In this document: positions 31,141-38,235 of the stretch, in pieces
Position numbering within the stretch: the stretch's first letter is position 1
Layout of the letters: each line of letters opens with the position of its first letter
DNA from: Parcubacteria group bacterium M6-OD1-4
GTDB taxonomy: Bacteria > Patescibacteriota > Patescibacteriia > Patescibacteriales > UBA12465
DNA length: 64,000 nt
NCBI GenBank assembly: GCA_003056205.1
Contig: LSNS01000004.1
Span: 55,870-119,869 of the forward strand
Direction: 5' to 3'
Notes under the pieces: model-generated
Databases searched by the model: none
The model's input: only the letters and a program-made list of their open reading frames with translations
What the model was told of the DNA's origin: nothing
Position numbers and translations under genes: made by a program

Positions 31141-31830
31141 TTAGGCTGTTTTATCGTCAATAAATAGTTTCGGAAAATCTGTGCCAATAGCATCCACGCC
31201 CATTGAAATTAATTTGTTGCCTAATTCTTTATTATTAACTCGATAAGCATAAACGGATTTTCTTAAACTATGGGCTTTGTTAATGAATTCTCGAGTAACA
31301 AGCTCGGAAAATGGGGCGAGAAAATCCAAAGGGACAGTGTTAGCCAAATCCCATATTTTTAGCATTACTTTATCTACACGAAAAAGAAGACCAACTTTTA
31401 AATCTGGGTTAATCTTTTTAATTTCTTTAAGTAGATAATCTTTAAATGAAGTAATGACGACTTGATTTTGAATATCATTTTTTAAAATAAGTTCATTCAC
31501 GGGCTCAGGTGTTTCATCTGCTTTTAATTCTATTTGTAAATCAATTTTATTTTTACAAACATCAATAACCTCCTGAAGCGTAGAGATTTTTTCACCTTGC
31601 TCACAATCTAATTTTTTCAGTTCAAGCAAAGTCATCTCATTGACAAAGCCCTTGCCACCGGTTAACTTGGAAACCTCCTCATCATGAAAAACAACCACTC
31701 GTCTGTCTTTGGTTAATCTAACATCTAGTTCAGCACGATCACAACCAATGGCAATTGCCATTCTAAATGAAGAGAGTGTATTTCCTGGTGCATAACCTGC
31801 TGCGCCTTTGTGTCCTACAATTTTTGTCAT
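31141..31830 (-). CDS. glycerophosphodiester phosphodiesterase family protein
   Basis: VGHKG, ELDVRLTKD..FHD, IELK, GVDAIGTDFP. Confidence 0.9.
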   Translation of the reverse strand: MTKIVGHKGAAGYAPGNTLSSFRMAIAIGCDRAELDVRLTKDRRVVVFHDEEVSKLTGGKGFVNEMTLLELKKLDCEQGEKISTLQEVIDVCKNKIDLQIELKADETPEPVNELILKNDIQNQVVITSFKDYLLKEIKKINPDLKVGLLFRVDKVMLKIWDLANTVPLDFLAPFSELVTREFINKAHSLRKSVYAYRVNNKELGNKLISMGVDAIGTDFPKLFIDDKTA

Positions 31831-31966
31831 AAAAAATTCAAAAAATATTTTTTATTCCACTTAACCTTTAAGTATCATGCGATGTTTTTCTTTCTCTTCA
31901 CTATTATATTACAAATAAGAGAGAAAAAGAAATTTGGGAGATAAAATTTGATTAATAAGTAATTTT

Positions 31967-32635
31967 TTATTCATTAGAAATTTTTTCAGCCATTTTCATA
32001 ATAAAATCTTCAATAAACTCTTTGTCTATTTTTTCACCTACTTTGGATTCCTTTATTTCTTTAAAAAAATTTTCAATTCCTCTATCTTTCAATGCTTGAA
32101 ATTCCAACTTATCTTGTTCCTCCTGGTTGTCTGTTTTAGGAACCGAGTTTATTGCCCTATTAATATCTATTGATGTATGCAGAAAGTTATATAAATTCTC
32201 AAACGAAGAAAATTCTTTTAGTTTCCCTTGCTGTTTATATTTCTGAAATTTTGTTTCCATTTCTCCCAAAACTTCAGGAAAATATTTTTTCACTCGCTCA
32301 AGTCCTCTCTGATAAGCATCTTTTTCTTTAACCTCTATATATCGACTCCATTCCTTGTCTTGATCTATTTTGTTGATTTTTGTATTAAATTCTTCTTGTC
32401 GCAAATGTCCGAGTTCATGTAAAACCACTCCAAATGAAAGAAAAATATCTCCTTTGGGATATCGTATTTCAAAATCATTTGTCCCTTTGATTATACGTCC
32501 AGTGCCTTGCATTTCAACAGGCCATCCTAAAGACTTTTTTCCTTCGCTAAGAGAATCTGGTAATTCAGAGAGTGAAAAGATATTCCCCTTTTTCAAAGAA
32601 TATTTAGGCTGAAAGAATTTTTCTTCATTATTCAT
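31967..32635 (-). CDS. hypothetical protein with HExxH (zincin-like) motif
   Basis: VLHELGH followed by EKDAY. Confidence 0.65.
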   Translation of the reverse strand: MNNEEKFFQPKYSLKKGNIFSLSELPDSLSEGKKSLGWPVEMQGTGRIIKGTNDFEIRYPKGDIFLSFGVVLHELGHLRQEEFNTKINKIDQDKEWSRYIEVKEKDAYQRGLERVKKYFPEVLGEMETKFQKYKQQGKLKEFSSFENLYNFLHTSIDINRAINSVPKTDNQEEQDKLEFQALKDRGIENFFKEIKESKVGEKIDKEFIEDFIMKMAEKISNE

Positions 32636-32725
32636 AAAATTAGTTATTGAGTAAATTTCTGAACCACATATGTTATGTTAGGTGATGTAGCAAAAGCCGA
32701 CTCCTTAATTTAAAATTTTGGCAAT

Positions 32726-33124
32726 CTATTTGTTTTCAATGCGATCTATTAATTTTTCAAGATCGTTTTTGTCACCAATCTTACCGCTCATGTGCGTAAG
32801 TAATGTATTTAAGCCAAATAAGCCTTCGCCATTAAGTCGTTCTTGTGCATCAGTAGCAAAATGCTGAATTTCATACTCAATCTTCTGTCTAAATTGAGGA
32901 TCAACATTTTCAAGAGCACTTTCTAATTGACCCGGAAGGGCGACAAGAAGTTGAGCTCTTTCTTGCAGTTTTTGTTTATATTCTCCCGTATCTTTTTTTG
33001 CGAGAGCCATGCCAGCCCCATGATCTAAAGAGCGAAACTTCTCCACCGTTTCTTTTAAAATTTGAACGACGGGTCGTAGGACATCTTTGTCCTCCTGTGG
33101 ATAATTTTGTTCTGGTGATTCCAT
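32726..33124 (-). CDS. hypothetical helical protein (cassette 32677-33200)
   Basis: 132-aa ORF bounded by GTTA (32677) and TAAC (33197-33200) with inverted flanks. Confidence 0.7.
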   Translation of the reverse strand: MESPEQNYPQEDKDVLRPVVQILKETVEKFRSLDHGAGMALAKKDTGEYKQKLQERAQLLVALPGQLESALENVDPQFRQKIEYEIQHFATDAQERLNGEGLFGLNTLLTHMSGKIGDKNDLEKLIDRIENK

Positions 33125-33226
33125 ATAATTATAATTTAGTTAATAATAAGTTGCCAAGATTCTTTAAAAATGTAAAGATGTTTTTGCTATTCCACATAAC
33201 AAAGTATATGATGTTGTTTGCGGACA

Positions 33227-33565
33227 TTACCCTTCTTTCGTCCTATTTAACACTCCATTTACTTTTTTGTACTCTCGGTTTTTATTTTTTTCAACTTTTT
33301 TCAAAATTTCATCCTCTAGGTTGATATTCAAAATTGCGGACAATCCCATTAAATATATTGCGACATCTGCTAGTTCTTCACCCAAATCTGGTAGTTTCTT
33401 TCTATATGCATGAAAAGCTTCGGAAAGTTCTTCGTGTATTAGACTAAATTCCAAACCGACATCAGTAGTATTAAAACCCTTAGCAATTTTATTCTTGAAT
33501 ATTTCTTTTTGTAATTTTTGTAAATCGATCATAGTCGAAAAAAAATTATTAGATAAATATAGCAA
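33227..33565 (-). CDS. MazG-like nucleotide pyrophosphohydrolase
   Basis: EELSE..EELADV..KVEKNKNR; true start probably MIDLQ. Confidence 0.85.
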   Translation of the reverse strand: MLYLSNNFFSTMIDLQKLQKEIFKNKIAKGFNTTDVGLEFSLIHEELSEAFHAYRKKLPDLGEELADVAIYLMGLSAILNINLEDEILKKVEKNKNREYKKVNGVLNRTKEG

Positions 33566-33576
33566 ACCATTTCATA

Positions 33577-33889
33577 TAACGTGCGCGGATAATCCGAAGT
33601 TGCGAACGGTTGTTTTATTTTTTCGCACCTCGATATATCAAATAAGCACCGCCGAACAATGCGATTAATGTCCAAGTATTGTAGCCTACTAATTCAGTAG
33701 TACTCCAATCAGCAATGTATTTAAAATTTCCGCCACCTAAGGTGCCAATTATTAATAATGCCCCGAGTACAAAAAAATAGTTTTCTTGGCGGTGCTGGGC
33801 TTTTTTTGTTCATCCATATGTTTTTTATAGATTAGTGAGCAATTTGGGTGGAGGCTTTCGGAAGAGCCGTAACCGGATACTCGTTGTTA
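33577..33889 (-). other. large attC-like site enclosing a small gene
   Basis: TAAC-GTGCG-CGGATAATCCG ... CCGGATACTCG-TT-GTTA; left arm nearly identical to 36202. Confidence 0.75.
33615..33817 (-). pseudogene. 67-aa two-TM membrane protein with a 1-nt deletion in a T7 tract
   Basis: Adding one T gives MDEQKKPSTAKKTIFFVLGALLIIGTLGGGNFKYIADWSTTELVGYNTWTLIALFGGAYLIYRGAKK. Confidence 0.6.
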
Positions 33890-34021
33890 GCTGATGTATA
33901 TGTTTTTCTTTGATTTGCGAATGCAAATCACTCTTAAAAAGAATTTAATTTTGTTTTTTCTTTTTGGATTTTTGAAAGAGGGAAATTAAAGGGGTGAATT
34001 TCTAAAATCCAAAACTCATTA

Positions 34022-34204
34022 TTATTTTTTATCATCTACTATTATATTTTGGTAGTATATTCTTTGATTATCAATAAATACTTTATTTTTTGTCCAGTCG
34101 GATTTACTATGTTCTGAAGAAGAAGTTTTTACTGATGGTAAATTATTGGCAGCGCTATTTTGACTATAAAAATTTGATAAGTGGTTACTATTAATAGTTG
34201 TCAT
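34022..34204 (-). CDS. small hypothetical protein, second gene of the protease cassette
   Basis: 60 aa, 22 nt after the protease stop, inside the same inverted repeats. Confidence 0.45.
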   Translation of the reverse strand: MTTINSNHLSNFYSQNSAANNLPSVKTSSSEHSKSDWTKNKVFIDNQRIYYQNIIVDDKK

Positions 34205-34226
34205 ATAAAATTTAAGAATAGTTTAA

Positions 34227-35222
34227 TTAAATTTGGTGTTGCCATCCCTCGAATGTTCTATTGTCCTGTATAGGTATTTGTTGGTTAACCGGTTGCTGTG
34301 GTAATTTTGTTAGAGTTCCTTCGCTAATATATATGTCTGAACCACCGTCAATAGAATCAAGTATCCCTCTGTGAAATGAATAATTAATTGTTTGATTAGT
34401 ACTTAAAAGTGTAGCGGGTTGATATGGTATTCTTAATTCTAATTCATTTTCAATATCATCATAAATAGCTTTGATTATATTATATAATTGTTGATTGGGT
34501 TTTTCCATATTTAAACCTAATCCTTCTTTTACTTCTTTTCTGTTTATTGTGTAGTCATGACTACCAGAATCTGAGCATAAAAATTTTATTATTTCCTTCA
34601 CATTTTTTCCATCAATATTTTGGTTCTTTAAAAGTTTATCTGCGAGCATTTGAATTTGTGCTTTTGATCTATAAACTTCTCCAAGTGATAGAGGGTGAAT
34701 TTTTTCGCTTAATTTTAAATAAACTTCTTTCAAGTCGCTGCTCTTTTTAATTTTAAAATCATTTTTTGCCATCTCAAGATAACCATTAACATGCTCGACG
34801 CTCACTGGTACTTTTATTTGTTGATTATTAATTACCACGACTGGATTAAGAAGTCCGTTTGTACTTGGATCAATTGGCCCCAGTGTTGCTTGTTTTGTCA
34901 TTATTATTTTATTTGCACCTAAACAAATTAAAGTTCCAGCACTATGACAATTAAACGGAACTATAATTTCAAGCTCTTTACAGAAATTTCTTAGCAAATT
35001 AATAAAACTCCACGCTGCTAAAGTGCTTCCACCTCTTGTATAGATAAAAAGAGTTATTTTTTCTACATCACCTATTGCGTCAAGGTGATTTGTGAGTGGT
35101 GAAATAATATCTGGTGCTATTCGAGTTTCAAGACCACCCCTGTCACTAGTACAAAATACTATTAATTTTGAATTACGCAACGATTCTATTTGTCGGTAAT
35201 TACTCATTCTATCTTCTCTCAT
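34227..35222 (-). CDS. SDH-family Clp-fold serine protease
   Basis: IYTRGG, CHSAGTLICLGA, LGPIDP, GSHDYTI (Ser-Asp-His). Confidence 0.85.
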   Translation of the reverse strand: MREDRMSNYRQIESLRNSKLIVFCTSDRGGLETRIAPDIISPLTNHLDAIGDVEKITLFIYTRGGSTLAAWSFINLLRNFCKELEIIVPFNCHSAGTLICLGANKIIMTKQATLGPIDPSTNGLLNPVVVINNQQIKVPVSVEHVNGYLEMAKNDFKIKKSSDLKEVYLKLSEKIHPLSLGEVYRSKAQIQMLADKLLKNQNIDGKNVKEIIKFLCSDSGSHDYTINRKEVKEGLGLNMEKPNQQLYNIIKAIYDDIENELELRIPYQPATLLSTNQTINYSFHRGILDSIDGGSDIYISEGTLTKLPQQPVNQQIPIQDNRTFEGWQHQI

Positions 35223-35412
35223 ATTTTTAATTTATAAATTAGTTTTTGTAATGATAGTGGAAAAATTCGTTATTTCCCCTCATTAAATAAATAAAAAACA
35301 AAATTAAATTCTTTTTAAAAGTAAGGGCGAAACCTTAAAAGAAAAACATATATTTCAGCTAACGTTTAGGAATATCTGAAGTTCGCCGAAGTGAAACGAA
35401 GGCGAATTTGGA

Positions 35413-35552
35413 TAACGTTTTAGTATATGAGAAGTTTCGCCGACTTCCTTTTTTAATTATATCATAAAAGGAGGCGAAATTTGGGTGAAAGAAATTTGCA
35501 CTCCTTACTAAAATTTAAAATGCAAATTTCTAGAACCTCATATACTTTGTTA
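35413..35552 (-). other. attC-like site
   Basis: TAAC-GTTTT-AGTATATGAG ... CTCATATACT-TT-GTTA with two internal hairpins. Confidence 0.8.
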
Positions 35553-35580
35553 TCGGATGTAATTTAGCCACGCCGTGAAT

Positions 35581-36168
35581 TTACTTCTGACGTCTTTCAT
35601 GTCTAATTTTTTCAAAAACCTCTCCTTCCCCTAATGGATCAAGAGCAGTGTGGTGTAGCATTGCCTTTTCCTCATGTTTGGTTTTTTCTGAAATATGATA
35701 TTGTACTGGTTCAAGTAGCAGTGGCACAAGAGTATCAAGTTTATATTTTGCCAGATAAGCATGGGCAATAATTTCAATACGACGCAAATGATTTGGTTCG
35801 CTAATTAAAACTAAACGCAACTGCTCAGTATTTTTAAGATTTTTGAAAAAATTTTGTTGTTTCAATAAAGAAAAAGAAAATTTTATATTCTCTACAGTCT
35901 CTACCGACTTAGTTTCGGATAAAATGTCGTTTCTAGGTACACCTTTCGCTATTAAATAATCCTTCATTAAATTAGCAATTGAAATTTGTTGTCCTTTTTG
36001 AAATATGCCACCAGTACAAATAATTTTATTAATAAAACTTTGTCTGTATAAAATAAGTGCTTTATCAGCTCTAGCCCGTGTATCCCAAGCTATAACATCC
36101 TTGTTCTTTTGTTTTCGAACTCCGCACGAAAAACAGATTCCAATTGATATAAAATTTTCTTTTTCCAT
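35581..36168 (-). CDS. YdcF/DUF218 family protein
   Basis: RADKA..IICTGG..MKDYLIAKGVP..ETKSVETVEN..SEPNHLRR. Confidence 0.85.
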   Translation of the reverse strand: MEKENFISIGICFSCGVRKQKNKDVIAWDTRARADKALILYRQSFINKIICTGGIFQKGQQISIANLMKDYLIAKGVPRNDILSETKSVETVENIKFSFSLLKQQNFFKNLKNTEQLRLVLISEPNHLRRIEIIAHAYLAKYKLDTLVPLLLEPVQYHISEKTKHEEKAMLHHTALDPLGEGEVFEKIRHERRQK

Positions 36169-36201
36169 ATGTTTTTAGATTAGTGGCTAAATTATTTCCG
36201 A

Positions 36202-36282
36202 TAACGCGCGCGGATAATCCAAGGTTTCTTGAAACAAATCCCGAAGGGTTTGTGGAAAGAAATTTTTGGATATCCGTTGTTA
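36202..36282 (-). other. attC-like site
   Basis: TAAC-GCGCG-CGGATAATCCAA ... TTGGATATCCG-TT-GTTA, one extrahelical base. Confidence 0.85.
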
Positions 36283-36398
36283 TACGAAGTTCCGCGGAGC
36301 GGAATGAAGTATAACGGCGGAGGTATGCGCGCGCGTTATTCAAAATGGAGTGAAGCGGAATTTTGAATAACTAGTTATTATCCAAACTCTATGCCTAT

Positions 36399-36427
36399 AT
36401 TGTAACAATATCTTGTATGTCATGCAA
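36399..36427 (-). promoter_or_regulatory. putative cassette promoter (Pc-like)
   Basis: TTGCAT-17nt-TACAAT with TG extension, facing the array. Confidence 0.65.
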
Positions 36428-36441
36428 ACTTTTGATACAAT
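36413..36441 (+). promoter_or_regulatory. putative integrase promoter (probably leaderless)
   Basis: TTGTAT-17nt-TACAAT with TG extension; ATG 6 nt downstream. Confidence 0.65.
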
Positions 36442-36447
36442 ATTGAT

Positions 36448-37260
36448 ATGGATAAAATTTTAGAAAAAACTGATCGCTTGTTGCGACTTCGCAATTATAG
36501 TCCAAAAACTCGCAAAGCATATTTGCTTTACATTAAAAATTATATCACATTTTCCAAAACACTTGGTATAAAAAACAAGCAAAAAGCGATTGAAAATTTT
36601 TTGCTTGATAAACACAGACGAAAGCAATCTCCACAGACGATTAACTTGGCACTCAACTCTGTAAAATTCTTATATACAGAAGTATTAGGGGATTCGCAGA
36701 AAATTGACTTAAAATTTGCAAAAAGAAGTAAGAAGTTGCCAATAGTATTATCACGAGCAGAAATTAACAAAATCATTGAGACAACCGATAACTCAAAGTA
36801 TAAGCTCATGATTTCGCTTGGTTATGCTTGTGGTATGAGAGTTAGCGAAGTGGTAAAACTTAAGGTATCAGATTTAGATATTGATGAGCTTGTTGTACAT
36901 ATTAAGGGAGCAAAAGGAAAGAAAGATAGAATTAGCGTGTTACCAGAAAAATTGCAAAACGATTTACGAAATGCTATTGCGGGTAAAAATGTAAACGATT
37001 TTATCTTTACTTCCAATCGTGGTGGCAGTCTCACGACAACATCACTCCAAAAAATGTTTCGGAAAAGTTTGGCAAAAGCAAACGTGAGCAAACCTGCAAC
37101 TTTTCACTCTTTGCGACACTCCTTTGCCACTCACTTATTAGAAAACGGAACAGATGTACGCTATGTGCAGGAATTACTTGGGCACGCCAACATCCGTACC
37201 ACGCAAATATACACTCAAGTTACAAATCCAAAATTAAAGAATATTAAAAGTCCATTGTAA
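36448..37260 (+). CDS. integron-integrase-like tyrosine recombinase (lacks the IntI insertion)
   Basis: N-terminal LRNYSPKTRKAY; GMRVSE, KGKKDR, HSLRHSFATHLLE, LGH, TTQIY catalytic motifs. Confidence 0.93.
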   Translation: MDKILEKTDRLLRLRNYSPKTRKAYLLYIKNYITFSKTLGIKNKQKAIENFLLDKHRRKQSPQTINLALNSVKFLYTEVLGDSQKIDLKFAKRSKKLPIVLSRAEINKIIETTDNSKYKLMISLGYACGMRVSEVVKLKVSDLDIDELVVHIKGAKGKKDRISVLPEKLQNDLRNAIAGKNVNDFIFTSNRGGSLTTTSLQKMFRKSLAKANVSKPATFHSLRHSFATHLLENGTDVRYVQELLGHANIRTTQIYTQVTNPKLKNIKSPL

Positions 37261-37454
37261 TTGTTATAGCAAACCCACAAAAATCAAAATTGCCTTTGCG
37301 TTTTTATCCTTTTTCCAATTTTTTTCGAAAAAGGAAAAGGCAGATTTTGTTTTTGTGGCTCGCCGTAGTGAAGCGGAGGCGGGTAACGCGAATAATATTG
37401 TTCACGCCTTGAGGCGAAAAAAAACCTGCTAAAGGCGGACGAATTCTATTCTAG

Positions 37455-37538
37455 TGCCCGGAAGAGGACTTGAACCTCCAAGGAATTTCTTCCACAGCGT
37501 TCTGAACACTGCGTGTTTACCAATTTCACCATCCGGGC
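37455..37538 (-). tRNA. tRNA-Leu(CAG)
   Basis: GCCCGGA acceptor, CAGTG-TTCAGAA-CGCTG anticodon arm, long variable arm. Confidence 0.95.
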
Positions 37539-37559
37539 TTAATAAGCTATAATACTATT

Positions 37560-38198
37560 ATGTTAGATTTAAAAATAGAAAGCAAATATTTTCAACTTGG
37601 CTACCAAGCTATCGGTGGTGTCGATGAAGCTGGTCGTGGTCCTTTGGCGGGACCAGTGGTAGCGGCCTGTGTAGTTATCGGACCAGATTTTAAAATTGAT
37701 TCTAAAGATTTAGAAGCGGTAACTGACTCTAAAAAACTAAGTGCTAAAAAAAGAGAACAACTTTTCGGCTTAATCAAAAAAAAGGTTCTCGCTGTGGAAA
37801 TTGGTTTAGCTGATAATTTAACAATTGATAAAATAAATATTCTACAAGCTAGTTTCCTAGCCATGCGTCGAGCAATCCGTAAATTAAAAGTAAAACCAGA
37901 TTATTTATTAATAGACGGGGGCTTTAAAATACCTAAGATAAGCAGACCACAAAGTGCTATCATCCATGGTGATGCCCAAGTTTGGACTATCGCTGCCGCT
38001 TCTATTATTGCGAAAGTAAGCCGGGACTGGCTCATGACAGAAATTGATAAACAATATCCTCAATATGAATTTGCTCGCCATAAAGGTTATGGAACTAAAT
38101 TACATATTGATAAACTCCAAGAATACGGCCCCTGTCCTATCCACCGTTTTAGCTTTCGGCCAATTAAAAAAGAGAGTAAAATTAAAACCCCCAAATAA
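37560..38198 (+). CDS. rnhB: ribonuclease HII
   Basis: GVDEAGRGPLAGPV, DSKKL, AAASIIAKV, HKGYGT. Confidence 0.96.
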   Translation: MLDLKIESKYFQLGYQAIGGVDEAGRGPLAGPVVAACVVIGPDFKIDSKDLEAVTDSKKLSAKKREQLFGLIKKKVLAVEIGLADNLTIDKINILQASFLAMRRAIRKLKVKPDYLLIDGGFKIPKISRPQSAIIHGDAQVWTIAAASIIAKVSRDWLMTEIDKQYPQYEFARHKGYGTKLHIDKLQEYGPCPIHRFSFRPIKKESKIKTPK

Positions 38199-38235
38199 AC
38201 GGGGGTTTTAAAATAGATGAATCATAGAAATTAAA

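Larger units (their letters stand above)
30058..37387. mobile_element. integron-like element: cassette array (minus strand) plus divergent tyrosine recombinase
   Basis: Co-oriented single-gene units separated by TAAC..GTTA hairpins; integrase divergent; lies between two tRNA-Leu genes. Confidence 0.8.

Noticed and set aside
36071-36343. 90-aa ORF upstream of the YdcF gene
   Set aside because: Runs across the attC-like hairpins and overlaps YdcF out of frame; an artefact of GC-rich palindromes.
36448-37260. Recombinase as chromosomal XerC/D or a tRNA-targeting prophage integrase
   Set aside because: Its N-terminus and context fit integron-type enzymes, and I found no duplicated tRNA-Leu 3' end bounding the region.
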